A stretch of 64,000 nt of DNA from Thermodesulfobacteriota bacterium (GCA_034189385.1 JAXHVD010000003.1:128001-192000); one strand, 5' to 3'. Counted from the first letter of the stretch, positions 20,026-31,093 are shown. Numbers and translations are program-made. Notes: generated by a model not told the origin, from the sequence alone.

Positions 20026-20772
20026 CTAAACTGCTGCCATATTTCTTGGCTTGAGCAAATAGTCTGACTTGATGTGGCTCAGGGACCGGAAAATGTTTCC
20101 CTTGATCTTTTTGTTTGTCTCATAAAGACCGCTTAACATCTTCTTGATTTCACCGCGCTTCGATGTCCTGGCCGTAGGGCACGGGTTGGGAAAGAAGGGA
20201 AAGTCATGATCCTGTGCAAATCGATCAATGGCCTGTTCGTCAATATGGGCAAGGGGCCTAATGACGACCAGTTTTCCCTTAAAAAAGGGTTGGCACGGAA
20301 CCATGGTGCTGATCTCTCCACTATAGCACATGTTTAAGAAAAGCGTCTCGATAATGTCGTCCATGTTGTGCCCCAGGGCCAGCTTGTTGCAGCCCAGCTC
20401 GTCGGCCATTTCAAAGAGTCGCTTCCTTCGAAGGCGGGCGCACAGAAAGCAGGGGTTCTCCCGGTTTTCCTCGCTGTGGCTTCTTGTGCCGTAGTCCGTA
20501 TACTCCACTTTCAGACTGTAGCCCCTGTCCTTGCAGTATGCCTCGATGAGGGGTGCAGGGGCCCCTTTAAAGCCCAAGTCTATGTGAATGGCCTTGAGGG
20601 AGTAATGGATGGGAATGCGGGACAGGCGTTCATGGAGGATCCACATGAGGGTGAGGCTATCTTTTCCGCCAGACAACCCCACGGCGATCCGGTCCCCATC
20701 TGCTATCATGTCATAGTGGTGTATGGCCTGGCCAACCGAGCGCCGCACGGCCTTATCCCTAAAACGAGACAC
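20026..20772 (-). CDS. ttcA: tRNA 2-thiocytidine biosynthesis protein TtcA-like
   Basis: PP-loop SGGKDS, CFLCARLRR, LGHNMDD, VIRPL. Confidence 0.88.
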   Translation of the reverse strand: MSRFRDKAVRRSVGQAIHHYDMIADGDRIAVGLSGGKDSLTLMWILHERLSRIPIHYSLKAIHIDLGFKGAPAPLIEAYCKDRGYSLKVEYTDYGTRSHSEENRENPCFLCARLRRKRLFEMADELGCNKLALGHNMDDIIETLFLNMCYSGEISTMVPCQPFFKGKLVVIRPLAHIDEQAIDRFAQDHDFPFFPNPCPTARTSKRGEIKKMLSGLYETNKKIKGNIFRSLSHIKSDYLLKPRNMAAV

Positions 20773-20781
20773 GGAATCGTC

Positions 20782-20997
20782 TCATGCCTCCTCTTGTTCC
20801 TGGGATTCCTTCTTCTCGATAATAACCTTTCCTGCCGCGATTTCACGAAGAGCGATCACGATGTCTTCATTCTTGGGAGACTGAACCAGATACTGGGCAC
20901 CCTCCCGCGTTTGCCGAACCCGCTTGGCCGCTACATGAACCAGCATGAATCGGTTCTGGCAACGCCTCAGGCAGTCTTCTACAGTAACACGAGCCAT
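20782..20997 (-). CDS. rpoZ: RNA polymerase omega subunit
   Basis: [10 protein letters not shown]...[18 protein letters not shown]. Confidence 0.97.
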   Translation of the reverse strand: MARVTVEDCLRRCQNRFMLVHVAAKRVRQTREGAQYLVQSPKNEDIVIALREIAAGKVIIEKKESQEQEEA

Positions 20998-21070
20998 ATA
21001 TACCTCCTTAGACCGACAACATTACCCACTTCTGTCAAGTGGGGGTAAAAAAGGGCTTCATGGAAGGAGA

Positions 21071-21802
21071 CTAAAGGGAAAAACGAACCGCGTAAAGTTC
21101 CCCGGTTTCTACAACCCGGAGTTGCATTCTCAGTTCTCCTGTCCCCTTTGCCTCGCCAGGGAAAAAAATGAACCCGTGGGCAATAGAATGGGGCGATATG
21201 GCCTTGTTTTCCAGGGCCTTTGCCTGAAGGTCCTGAGAGATGGTAGCCCGCGCCTCTCCTTCTGTAGCGGCAGCCTCGGCTCCGCCCAATGTGGCCCCCA
21301 CAGCAGCGCCTACAGCAGCCCCTTTTCCTGCCGATTCTGCCACATTGTCACCAACTACGATGCCGATGGCAGCGCCCACCAAGGCCCCGGCAGCACCGCT
21401 GAGCAGTCCGGGCGTCACAGCCCCTTTTGCGATCCGGGACATCTCCATCTTCTCAGTGACCCGGTCATAGGCCAGACTGGAATCTAGGATCGACCACAGA
21501 TTGTTCTCTCCATCAATCAAGAAGGTCTGGGAGGGTTCAATCTCAAGGGACTGGTCCCCCAAATTGTCAAAAATCACCTGCACGGGATAAAGGCCCGCGC
21601 CCCGTATGTCCCACCCGAAGGCCTCTTTTGCTTCCTTGGCCTCCTCATAGGCCCTGGCAGCAATGGTGGCTCCGGCCACATTCATGGCGTTGCCATAGGC
21701 ATTAGGCATCTTAAAAGGGACCACCTGCGTCTTGTGGCCTGTGCAACCGGCCATAGCCAAGACAATCACCATAGAGCATACAAGAAGCCCGCGATTTCTC
21801 AT
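21071..21802 (-). CDS. Lipoprotein with glycine-zipper region
   Basis: Lipobox LAMAGC; GAAGALVGAAIG...GAAVGAAVGATLGG. Confidence 0.8.
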   Translation of the reverse strand: MRNRGLLVCSMVIVLAMAGCTGHKTQVVPFKMPNAYGNAMNVAGATIAARAYEEAKEAKEAFGWDIRGAGLYPVQVIFDNLGDQSLEIEPSQTFLIDGENNLWSILDSSLAYDRVTEKMEMSRIAKGAVTPGLLSGAAGALVGAAIGIVVGDNVAESAGKGAAVGAAVGATLGGAEAAATEGEARATISQDLQAKALENKAISPHSIAHGFIFFPGEAKGTGELRMQLRVVETGELYAVRFSL

Positions 21803-21851
21803 AACAGCCTTCCCCTTGTCCTCTGGAACCGGTGACAAAACAGCCAGGCTC

Positions 21852-22325
21852 TTAGGACGTTCGGATGTCAACTAGTTCATATTGGCGCGTGCCCCCAGGG
21901 GCCTGAACCACAATCTCCTCTCCCACCTTCTTCCCAATCATGGCCCGGCCAACAGGAGAGGAAACCGAGATGCGCCCCTGTTGCACGTCAGACTCGTCCG
22001 GTCCCACGAGTTGGTATTGCACTTCCTCTTCTGTGTCTAAGTTTTCCAGCACCACGGTGCAGCCGAACACGGCACAGTCCGTGGTCACGGTCTTCGGGTC
22101 TATCACATCGGCACAGGCGACCTTGTGCTCAAGTTCCCCGATTTGCCTCTCCAGAAATGCCTGGCGATCTTTGGCGGCTTCATATTCCGCGTTTTCTGTG
22201 AGGTCTCCATGGGCCCGGGCCTCTGCAATGGCCTTTACGACCTTTGGCCTTTCAATGGCCTTAAGGACCCTTACCTGTTCTTTCATGGCCTCAAAGCCCG
22301 CTTTTGTAATCGGTATGCGTTCCAA
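21852..22325 (-). CDS. greA: Transcription elongation factor GreA
   Basis: AR.HGDL.ENAEY.AAK, IS..SPVGRA..GK; TTG start. Confidence 0.97.
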   Translation of the reverse strand: MERIPITKAGFEAMKEQVRVLKAIERPKVVKAIAEARAHGDLTENAEYEAAKDRQAFLERQIGELEHKVACADVIDPKTVTTDCAVFGCTVVLENLDTEEEVQYQLVGPDESDVQQGRISVSSPVGRAMIGKKVGEEIVVQAPGGTRQYELVDIRTS

Positions 22326-22389
22326 CGACTTGCTCCTTATAACATTATCAACTTATCTGCTTATCTGCTACCAGCCAGTCCTCACACCA

Positions 22390-23415
22390 TCACCCGCTCA
22401 AATACTCTCGCGCCAGGATTTCTGCTATTTGCACCGCATTGGTGGCGGCCCCTTTGCGGATGTTGTCCGACACCACCCACAGATTGATTCCATTGTCAAT
22501 GGACTCATCGGCCCTTATGCGGCCCACAAAGGTTTCATCCTTGCCGGCGGCCTCAATGGCCATGGGATAAAGGCTCCGGGACGGGTTATCCATTACCTTT
22601 ACGCCCGGGGCGTTTTCCAGCAGGATTCGTACCCCTTTGGGGGTGATCGGCCGTCGCGTTTCAACATTCACAGACTCTGAGTGGCTAAAGAAGACGGGCA
22701 CCCGAACTGTCGTAGCCGTGATGCCAATGGTATCGTCTTCAAAGATCTTTCGTGTCTCGTGTACCATCTTCATCTCTTCTTTTGTGTAGCCATTGTCCAA
22801 AAAGACATCTATCTGAGGCAGGCAATTGAAGGCAATCCTATGGGGATAGACCTTCTTCTCCGGCTCCATGAAGTTGAGCATAGCCTTGGTCTGGTCGTAG
22901 AGTTCGTCAATGGCCTTCTTCCCTGTACCGGAAACGGCCTGGTAGGTGGAGACCACAATCCGCTTGATACCCGCATTTTTCTGAATGGGCGCCAAGGCCA
23001 CCACCATCTGAATAGTCGAGCAGTTAGGATTGGCAATGATACCCTTATTTGTATACCCGCCTACAGCATGGGGATTCACCTCTGGAACGACCAAGGGCAC
23101 CTCCGGGTCCATACGCCAGGCAGCAGAATTGTCCACCACTACGCAGCCGTCCGCCGCAGCCATAGGTGCAAACTTCTCACTGGTGGCCCCACCAGCAGAG
23201 AAAATGCCAATCTCTACCCCTTTAAAGGACTGGTCTGTCAACTCCTCCACAACGATCTCCTGGCCTTTGAACCGCATCTTCCGGCCCGCAGACCTGGCTG
23301 TTGCAAGCAGTCTCAGGTCCTTTACCGGAAAATTCCTCTCTTCCAGGCAAGCAATCATCTGGTTTCCCACAGCACCCGTTGCCCCAGCCACAGCCACGTT
23401 AAATAACTTGCCCAT
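22390..23415 (-). CDS. asd: Aspartate-semialdehyde dehydrogenase
   Basis: GATGAVG, DNSAAWRM, ANPNCSTIQ, STYQAVSG, DNIRKGAATNAVQIAE. Confidence 0.98.
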   Translation of the reverse strand: MGKLFNVAVAGATGAVGNQMIACLEERNFPVKDLRLLATARSAGRKMRFKGQEIVVEELTDQSFKGVEIGIFSAGGATSEKFAPMAAADGCVVVDNSAAWRMDPEVPLVVPEVNPHAVGGYTNKGIIANPNCSTIQMVVALAPIQKNAGIKRIVVSTYQAVSGTGKKAIDELYDQTKAMLNFMEPEKKVYPHRIAFNCLPQIDVFLDNGYTKEEMKMVHETRKIFEDDTIGITATTVRVPVFFSHSESVNVETRRPITPKGVRILLENAPGVKVMDNPSRSLYPMAIEAAGKDETFVGRIRADESIDNGINLWVVSDNIRKGAATNAVQIAEILAREYLSG

Positions 23416-23452
23416 CTTCTATGCCTCCCTTTTTCAGGTGCCCAGCCAACTG

Positions 23453-24520
23453 CTAAATATTGATGGCTTCTACGATCAAATCCCCGACCTCGGCTGTGGA
23501 ATGGCCCATCTGGCCTGCCCCCACGCCCTTCAGCTCGTCTCGCAACACCTTGGCTACGCCCCTTTCAACCATCTGGGCAGCATCGGGCTCTCCAAGGGTT
23601 TCGAGCATGAGTTTGGCAGCCAGAATGGCTCCAATAGGATTGATCACATTCTTTCCCGCATACTTGGGAGAAGACCCCCCTATGGGCTCGAACATGGAGA
23701 CCCCTTCGGGGTTGATGTTTCCGCCTGCGGCCACGCCCATGCCGCCCTGAAGCATGGCGCCAAGGTCCGTAATAATATCACCGAACATGTTTTCCGTAAC
23801 CACCACATCAAACGATTCAGGGTTTTTGATCATCCACATGCACAAGGCGTCCACGTGCATATAGTCGGTCTCAATATCAGGGTATTCCTCTGCCACCTCC
23901 TTGAAGGTGCGCTCCCAAAGGTCAAAGGTATAGGTCAAGACATTGGTCTTTCCACAGAGGGTGACCTTTTGGGCCCCATTACGCGCTTTGCATACCTCAA
24001 AGGCGTAGCGGATACACCGCTCCACCCCCATGCGTGTGCTGATAGACTCCTGAATGGCCACCTCGTTGGGGGTTCCCCGTCTCAAGATGCCCCCAGCGCC
24101 TGCATAGAGGCCCTCTGTATTCTCACGGACCACCACAAAGTCTATCTCCTCAGGCCCCTTGTCCTTAAGGGGGGTCTCCACACCCGGATAGAGCTTGATG
24201 GGTCTGAGATTGACGTACTGATCCAACTCAAAGCGAAGCCTAAGGAGCACCCCCTTTTCCAGTATGCCCGGGGGCACCCCTGGATCACCAATGGCGCCAA
24301 GATATATGGCGTCACATCCCCTCAATGCCTCCAGGACACCATCGGAAATGGTCTCGCCTGTCTTGTTGTAGTGTCTGGCACCCAGGTCAAAATCATGAAA
24401 GGCGAGTCTGAAACCGTTTCTTTTGGAAACCGCCTCAAGGACCTTCAGCCCCTCGGTGACCATCTCGGGACCCGTGCCATCTCCCGGTACCACAGCTATC
24501 TTATACGCTCTTTCAGTCAT
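23453..24520 (-). CDS. leuB: 3-isopropylmalate dehydrogenase
   Basis: [37 protein letters not shown]. Confidence 0.9.
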   Translation of the reverse strand: MTERAYKIAVVPGDGTGPEMVTEGLKVLEAVSKRNGFRLAFHDFDLGARHYNKTGETISDGVLEALRGCDAIYLGAIGDPGVPPGILEKGVLLRLRFELDQYVNLRPIKLYPGVETPLKDKGPEEIDFVVVRENTEGLYAGAGGILRRGTPNEVAIQESISTRMGVERCIRYAFEVCKARNGAQKVTLCGKTNVLTYTFDLWERTFKEVAEEYPDIETDYMHVDALCMWMIKNPESFDVVVTENMFGDIITDLGAMLQGGMGVAAGGNINPEGVSMFEPIGGSSPKYAGKNVINPIGAILAAKLMLETLGEPDAAQMVERGVAKVLRDELKGVGAGQMGHSTAEVGDLIVEAINI

Positions 24521-24774
24521 GGCCTCTCAATTCAGATCAAAATGGATGTGGATGAGAAGGATGATCTCCTCATCTGTTTGAGTGAAAATGATTAGGTTAT
24601 CCATTTATGACCTTTCTGTCAAGATAACCTGGCCCAAAACACACCTTAGCCTAGACGATTTTCACCCTCATTGAACCAAAGAGGGCATTTCCTACCTGAA
24701 ATCTCTTGGAGCTGTCACCAAAAGACCTTCCCTAACCCGTTTGATGCCTATCCTTTTGACACCCCCCAGTCCTT

Positions 24775-24803
24775 TTGACATCCTTTTGATAATCAGCCAT
24801 AAT
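24775..24803 (+). promoter_or_regulatory. Sigma-70 promoter for the ubiB-like gene
   Basis: TTGACA-N17-CATAAT. Confidence 0.7.
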
Positions 24804-25039
24804 AGACTATAAAGACTAACCATTTGGAATTGAAATAACTGTTTTCAGCCATATCACAGATGGCACTGGCACAGGAGCCTTCACAAGCACCACGACAGGA
24901 CTGAAGCCCACCGCCACCTACGATGGGAGGGCCTATCTCACGGATTAGGATTTACGGGGTCAAGGGGCCAAGGATGCGAGTGAGAAGGACGATCACTGGA
25001 TGCTGGATACTCCAGGCCATAGGAGGTTGCGAATAACGG

Positions 25040-26737
25040 ATGTTGAGTATTAGAAAGATAGGCGTCATACGCCGCGGCTATCGCCACCTCAACCGCTACC
25101 GCCAGATCGTTTCCGTATTGATCAAATACGGCTTTGACGATCTCATAGATACGCTGAATATCGAGCAGTACTTTGAGATGGGCCTGGGGATGATTTCCCG
25201 CAAAGAACGCCCCCCTGTGGAGCGCTTCACCCGGGCCGAGCGGGTCCGTATGGCCCTGGAAGAACTGGGCCCCACCTTTGTCAAACTGGGCCAAATCCTT
25301 GCCACGCGCCCCGACCTGGTCTCAGCAGAGTTTGTCCGGGAATTCGAAAAGCTCCAGGACCATGTCCCACCCTTTGCGTATGAAGAGGTAAGACAGATCA
25401 TTGAAAAAGAGCTTGGCCAGGATGTGGAGGGCCTGTTTGAGTCCTTTGACGAAGAGCCTCTGGCCGCCGCCTCCATAGGACAAGTCCATGGCGCACGCCT
25501 CAATGACGGTGAGGCAGTGGTGGTCAAGATCCAGCGGCCCGGCATCCGTAAGGTCGTTGAAGTGGATCTGGAAATCATGCTCCATTTGGCCTCCCTCATG
25601 GAGCGGCACCTTGAAGAAGTAGAAATGCACCGCCCCACGAGAATCGTGGCGGAATTTGCCCGCTCCATTGAAAAGGAGATCGACTACACCGTAGAGGCCT
25701 CCCACATGGAGCGCTTTGCCGCCCAGTTTCAGGGCGACATGACCATCTACGTGCCAAAAGTCTTTCGAGAATGGAGCACGGAGCGGGTCCTTACCGTAGA
25801 ATACATTGACGGGATCAAGGCCTCTGAAGTCGATCGCATAGACGAGGAAGGGTTGGACCGTAAGACTATTACGGCCAGGGGCGCGGACCTGATCCTTAAA
25901 CAGATCTTTGAGCACGGCTTTTTCCATGCAGACCCGCACCCCGGAAACATCTATGTGCTCCCGGACAATATGATCTGCTACCTGGACTGCGGTATGATGG
26001 GACGCATCGACCGGCAGACCAGGGAAGACGCTGCCGAACTCATACACGCCCTTTCCCGGGGAGATGAATCCAAGACCATCCAGGCCCTCCTCAAACTGGT
26101 GGACTATGATGAGCAGCCGGATCTGCGCACCCTGGAAAGGGATGTGGCCGATTTTGCCGGACATCACCTGTACAAGCCTTTAAGGGACATAGACATAGGA
26201 AAGCTCTTCCAAGATCTCCTGGAGCTGCTCTCCCAGCACCGCCTGGCCATTCCGCAGGTCCTTTTCCTCATGCTCAAGGCGCTCACGACATGGGAGGGCG
26301 TTGGCCGATCTCTGGACCCTGATTTTCACATCATGGAAAGGGCGGCACCCTTTATCAGGCGGGTGAGAACAGAGAGAATGCACCCTGAGCGGATTGCAGG
26401 AGACGTCTTTGATACCAGCATGGAGCTGTTGCGCCTGGCCCAAGAGATGCCAGGTGAGTTGCGTGAGCTTCTGCTCCGCCTTAAACAGGGCAAGCTGAAG
26501 GTAGAACTGGAACACCAGGGCCTGGAGGGGATGCTTGCAAGGCAGGATCAGGCCCGCAACCGTGTGGCCTTTTCCATCGTCATTGCTGCCCTTATCATCG
26601 GCTCGGCCCTCATCGTTCTCTCAAGGACCCCGCCCCTTGTCTTCGGCATCTCCGTCATTGGCATCATCGGCTTTGCGGCAGCCGCCTTCTTGGGGGCGTG
26701 GCTTTTTCTAGCGATCATGAGAAAAGGACGGCTTTAG
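25040..26737 (+). CDS. ABC1/UbiB/AarF family atypical kinase
   Basis: LGPTFVKLGQ, AAASIGQVH, VKIQRP, FFHADPHPGN; two C-terminal TM helices. Confidence 0.93.
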   Translation: MLSIRKIGVIRRGYRHLNRYRQIVSVLIKYGFDDLIDTLNIEQYFEMGLGMISRKERPPVERFTRAERVRMALEELGPTFVKLGQILATRPDLVSAEFVREFEKLQDHVPPFAYEEVRQIIEKELGQDVEGLFESFDEEPLAAASIGQVHGARLNDGEAVVVKIQRPGIRKVVEVDLEIMLHLASLMERHLEEVEMHRPTRIVAEFARSIEKEIDYTVEASHMERFAAQFQGDMTIYVPKVFREWSTERVLTVEYIDGIKASEVDRIDEEGLDRKTITARGADLILKQIFEHGFFHADPHPGNIYVLPDNMICYLDCGMMGRIDRQTREDAAELIHALSRGDESKTIQALLKLVDYDEQPDLRTLERDVADFAGHHLYKPLRDIDIGKLFQDLLELLSQHRLAIPQVLFLMLKALTTWEGVGRSLDPDFHIMERAAPFIRRVRTERMHPERIAGDVFDTSMELLRLAQEMPGELRELLLRLKQGKLKVELEHQGLEGMLARQDQARNRVAFSIVIAALIIGSALIVLSRTPPLVFGISVIGIIGFAAAAFLGAWLFLAIMRKGRL

Positions 26738-26840
26738 GGAAAATATCTGCCCCGCCGGTCAAAGACCCTAGTTGTCGATTGACCTTTGGACCTCTAGGCC
26801 TTATCTTCCGCAAGTCGACATTCTGTCCCTGGAGGTCCTG

Positions 26841-29327
26841 ATGAACGCATTTGTTCCCCGCAACTACACACTCTCTATCACGCCTGATCTGGCCCATTTC
26901 CGGTTTTCCGGCAGGGTTGAGATATCCGGTGAAGCAACAGCACTGATCGACGAAATCACCCTTCACGCCTTGGAGCTGGATATAATGGCTTGCAAGGCCT
27001 GGATTGACGGCCGCCTGGTGGACTGCCCGGTCACCCCGCAACCGGAAGACGAGCAGATACGGATCCGTTTGCCGCAGAAGATCACCGGACACATGCGGCT
27101 GGAAATCAGATACGGGGGCGTGATCAACGATCACATGGCCGGGTTTTACCGCAGTCGCTATCAGGTGGCCGGAGAGACCCGTCACGTGGCCGTTACCCAG
27201 TTTCAGGAAAGCGATGCCCGCCGGGCCTTTCCGTGCCAGGATCACCCGGCGAAAAAGGCCACTTTCAATATTGAATTGATCGTGGACGACCACCTTTGTG
27301 CATTCTCCAACACCACGGAAGAGGAGGTGGTTTCCCTGGGCGACGGAAAAAAGCGGGTCCGCTTCCGGCAGACGCCGCTTATGTCCACGTACCTGCTCTT
27401 TTTTGGGGTCGGCGCATTTGAAACGGTTCGCAGCCCTTCCGATGCTCGGGTGCGGGCGGTCACCATCCCGGGGATGGTCTCTTATGCCGACTACGGCCTG
27501 GCCTTTGGCGCTAATGCGCTTCGATTCTGTGAGGAGTACTTCCGGATTCCCTTCCCTTTGTCCAAGATGGACTTGATCGCTATTCCGGATTTCGCCTTCG
27601 GCGCCATGGAGAATTGGGGGGCCATCACCTTTCGGGAAAACCTGTTGCTCCACGACCCGGACATGACCTCCAGAGCAGGGGAAGAGCGGATCTGCGAAGT
27701 GATCGCCCACGAGATCGTTCATCAGTGGTTCGGCAACCTGGTAACGCCCTGTGATTGGAAATATCTCTGGCTAAATGAGAGCTTTGCCACCTTTTTCGGC
27801 TACGGCGTCGTGGATCACTATCATCCAGAGTGGGGAATCTGGGACCAGTTCCTAGGGGGGCAAACCGATACAGCCCTGGCAAGAGATGGCATCCACGAGA
27901 CCTTTGCCATCGAGATCCCCGGCAGAGATCATGTGGCCATCAACTCCAGCACCGCCCCCATCATCTACAGCAAAGGGGGGAGCATCCTTCGGCAGGTCAA
28001 GGGCTTCATCGGTGATGAGAGTTTCAGGGATGGACTCCATCACTATCTGAGCCAGCACGCATACAGCAACGCCGCCAGCCATCATCTGTGGGAAGCCCTT
28101 GAGAGGGTTTCTGAAAGGCCCGTTGCGCGCATGATGAAGAGCTGGGTCGAACAGCCCGGATATCCGGTCATCCGGGCACAAAGAGAAGGGCGGCGTCTCT
28201 TTCTGCAACAGGAGCGCTTTACCTATCTGCCGGGTGGGTTCGAGCAGGTGTGGGACGTTCCCGTCAACATTGAACTCTTTGGTCCTGACAGCGAGTCCAG
28301 GCTTGTGAGCACCCTGTTAACGGAATCACAGGGCGAAGTGGCCTTGCCTCAAGAGCCAGTGGCCTACAAGGTCAATGCCGGCCAAACCGGATTTTACCGC
28401 TGCTGGTATTCAAATCGAAGTGATTTGGAGGCCCTGGGAAACCTCATCTGCAAAAAACGCCTGCCGCCGGAAGATCGCTGGGGAGTGGAAAACGACTTCT
28501 TTGCCATGGTTCGCCGGGGCGAGCAGACCGTATTTGACTACATCGACTTCATGAAGCACTTTGAAAATGAGACAGACTATCTGCCCTTGGTCAGCATAGC
28601 AGACAACCTTTTCAGCGCCTACATGGTAGTAAAAGAGAACCAGCGCGACGCTATCGCTGCAGCAGGCCGGAGACTGTTTGACCGTGCACTGGCACAGATC
28701 GGTCTCGAGCCGCAGCCCGCTGAAAGATTTACTACATCACTCATGCGGGATCATGTTTTGCTACACGCCGTATTCTACGGATCAGAAGAAGCCCTTGCGT
28801 TTGGCCGCAACTGTTTCAAGACCCTGGCTTCCGGGGGAAGCGTTCATCCAGACATCATGAAAAGTGTCATGCAGATCGGTGCCTGGACGGAAAACGAGGC
28901 GGCCCTCCACTGGCTGCAGAACCGCTTTCGGTCCTCTGCCAGCGAGCATGAAAGGATGAACATCCTCGCCGCGCTGGCATGCTGCAATGGGCCGAAGCTG
29001 GTAGACCAGGCCCTGGCCTTTGTGCTGGCAGAGGTTCCAGATCGCAACAGATTCCTCCCGATCGTGGCAGCCTGTGCCAACCCTCAAGCCGTAGAACATA
29101 TGTGGCCTTGGTATTGTGACCACGTGCAGCAGTTGGAGCAGTTCCATCCGCTACTCTATGAACGGGTGATGGCGGCGGTCATCCCAACGGCTGGCATCTT
29201 TGCACCAGATGAGGTCCGGGGATTTTTTCAAGACTACATGGATCAGAGACCTCGAAGCCGTGACGCGATACTCCTGGCCCTGGAAAAGCTGGAGATCAAC
29301 CTAAGGTTCAAAGAGCGCAATGGCTGA
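26841..29327 (+). CDS. pepN: M1-family aminopeptidase (PepN/ERAP1-C type)
   Basis: GAMENWG, HEIVHQW...LWLNES (HExxH-x18-E), YSKG. Confidence 0.93.
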   Translation: MNAFVPRNYTLSITPDLAHFRFSGRVEISGEATALIDEITLHALELDIMACKAWIDGRLVDCPVTPQPEDEQIRIRLPQKITGHMRLEIRYGGVINDHMAGFYRSRYQVAGETRHVAVTQFQESDARRAFPCQDHPAKKATFNIELIVDDHLCAFSNTTEEEVVSLGDGKKRVRFRQTPLMSTYLLFFGVGAFETVRSPSDARVRAVTIPGMVSYADYGLAFGANALRFCEEYFRIPFPLSKMDLIAIPDFAFGAMENWGAITFRENLLLHDPDMTSRAGEERICEVIAHEIVHQWFGNLVTPCDWKYLWLNESFATFFGYGVVDHYHPEWGIWDQFLGGQTDTALARDGIHETFAIEIPGRDHVAINSSTAPIIYSKGGSILRQVKGFIGDESFRDGLHHYLSQHAYSNAASHHLWEALERVSERPVARMMKSWVEQPGYPVIRAQREGRRLFLQQERFTYLPGGFEQVWDVPVNIELFGPDSESRLVSTLLTESQGEVALPQEPVAYKVNAGQTGFYRCWYSNRSDLEALGNLICKKRLPPEDRWGVENDFFAMVRRGEQTVFDYIDFMKHFENETDYLPLVSIADNLFSAYMVVKENQRDAIAAAGRRLFDRALAQIGLEPQPAERFTTSLMRDHVLLHAVFYGSEEALAFGRNCFKTLASGGSVHPDIMKSVMQIGAWTENEAALHWLQNRFRSSASEHERMNILAALACCNGPKLVDQALAFVLAEVPDRNRFLPIVAACANPQAVEHMWPWYCDHVQQLEQFHPLLYERVMAAVIPTAGIFAPDEVRGFFQDYMDQRPRSRDAILLALEKLEINLRFKERNG

Positions 29328-29357
29328 GAAAGAATAAAACGCCTGCAATGAGAGGGC

Positions 29358-30452
29358 TTGCCGGTTCTGGGGTACCTTCTCTGGTGCGCCCTGGGTAAGA
29401 AGGCAGTGACACCCCTTAGAGACATTCACATCCCTTCATGGTGGAAACACGCGGCAGAGAGAATTCTGAAAAAGCGCTGGCGGAAGATTCTCGTCGTAGG
29501 AGCATCGAATCGCGGCAAGAGCACGTACTGCCTGTTTCTGTGCCGCACGCTGTGTGAAGCGGGCTTCCCGGTGGCCTTCGTGGATGCCGATGTGGGCCAG
29601 AAGAACGTGGGGCCTCCCGCCACCATTTCCCTTGCCGTCCTCGAAGGGAAGAGGGATCTCTCAACGTGGCAGCCTGAAAGGCTTTATTTCGTGGGCAATA
29701 CAAGTCCTGTGGGACGGATGCTTCCCATGATCGTGGGGACGAGAAAGATGGTCGATGCGGCAGACACACCCTTCGTGGTGGTAGATACCACCGGCCTTGT
29801 CCATGGCCCAGGAAGGATTCTCAAGGCATACCAAATCGATTCAATCCAGCCGGATGCCGTTGTTTGCATTGAGCACCACCAGGAGCTTGAACCTCTCGTA
29901 AGATCCCATCCCACAGTGAACATCATCAGGATTGGGGCATCCCGCCACGCCGTCTTGAAATCCCGTCAGGAGCGCGCGGCCGCGCGGGAACGGTCTTTCA
30001 GGGCCTATTTCAAGAGTGCAGGGGACGTGAACCTGAAGATACCCGATGTCGTGTTTCAGCCCTTTTCCATCCTTGATGCGATCCAGATGACGGTCGATGG
30101 ATCCCCATATGCTGAGGAATATCCAGACGGCATCATCGGTGTTTCAAAAAACAGGAAAGAGCTCTACCAATCCGACATGACGGGTCTACGGCCAGGTCTT
30201 GAGCAGAACCTCCTTTGCGGCGTTCTGGACGGCCGAGGCCATGTAAAGGGGCTGGCGCTTCTTAACAAAATGGATCTCAGTCACCAGACGGTCTCCCTTT
30301 GCACTCCGGTGCCGGCAGGCAAGATCAAGGTGCTTCAGCAGGGAGATCTTTATCTCAACAGGGACGGAAAAGAGCTGGGATATGTAGCCCACCATCGGCC
30401 CCTGTCTTCTTCCTCACAAATACCGCCTCAGGACTCCTCTTCACCCCGTTGA
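29358..30452 (+). CDS. Clp1/Nol9/Grc3-family polynucleotide 5'-OH kinase
   Basis: Walker A GASNRGKST, DADVGQ..VGPP.TI, FVG.TSP, VDTTG, Arg clasp R...RE; start may be GTG near 29406. Confidence 0.85.
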   Translation: MPVLGYLLWCALGKKAVTPLRDIHIPSWWKHAAERILKKRWRKILVVGASNRGKSTYCLFLCRTLCEAGFPVAFVDADVGQKNVGPPATISLAVLEGKRDLSTWQPERLYFVGNTSPVGRMLPMIVGTRKMVDAADTPFVVVDTTGLVHGPGRILKAYQIDSIQPDAVVCIEHHQELEPLVRSHPTVNIIRIGASRHAVLKSRQERAAARERSFRAYFKSAGDVNLKIPDVVFQPFSILDAIQMTVDGSPYAEEYPDGIIGVSKNRKELYQSDMTGLRPGLEQNLLCGVLDGRGHVKGLALLNKMDLSHQTVSLCTPVPAGKIKVLQQGDLYLNRDGKELGYVAHHRPLSSSSQIPPQDSSSPR

Positions 30453-30532
30453 CCATGACAGACAAACGACTCGGTATTCATTACCCAAGGCGCTCTCTGC
30501 ATCCACACCACGGGTAGGGTACAACACTTCTT

Positions 30533-30573
30533 ATTACTGTATTTCGGCACGAAAAATACAGTCTTCACCCCAT
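30533..30573 (+). promoter_or_regulatory. Island motif copy 1 (ATTAC-N16-AAATACA-N6-ACCCCAT)
   Basis: One of four aligned copies; upstream of the 30730 gene. Confidence 0.65.
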
Positions 30574-30729
30574 TTACATCTGACCCCACAAACCATAATT
30601 TTCAACCTGTACGGTGGTTCACAAAGATAGAAGGGAGGGATGGAAGTACCTGAGTTGGGCATCAACAAGAGGCTTTGATGAAGGTGAATGGACGAGACAA
30701 GCAGTCAACAAACAGAGGAGAAGGGAAAA

Positions 30730-31041
30730 ATGGACGTAAAAGACTATTGTGGTTCTATGAGCACGGAACTGATGGCTTGGAAGGCGAAAATGTACGACAT
30801 CACGCGCAGACTGGACAAATTGGGAAGCGCGGATAAAGAAAAGGTGCTTTCGCAAGTGGAGGACATGCATATCCTTGTGACGGAAATGGGTGACAGAATC
30901 GATAAGCTCAACCGGGAATGCCCTTCCGAATGGAGCCCGGACAAGAATGCCATCGATAATGCCCATACAGACATGCGTGCCAAATACGAGAGCACCATGG
31001 AGTTCATCGGAAAGGCTGCTCCCGTATCAGTCCCCGGCTAA
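30730..31041 (+). CDS. Conserved-looking helical hypothetical protein
   Basis: RBS-rich region before ATG; helical/coiled-coil pattern, YC...EL..WKAK.YD...ECP.EW. Confidence 0.75.
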   Translation: MDVKDYCGSMSTELMAWKAKMYDITRRLDKLGSADKEKVLSQVEDMHILVTEMGDRIDKLNRECPSEWSPDKNAIDNAHTDMRAKYESTMEFIGKAAPVSVPG

Positions 31042-31093
31042 AAGAAGGGTCCTGAAAGGGGCGGACAGAGAGACAAAGGAGGGAGATGCATAC

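Noticed and set aside
23030..24595. 521-aa plus-strand ORF
   Set aside because: Antisense shadow of leuB/asd with no recognisable motifs
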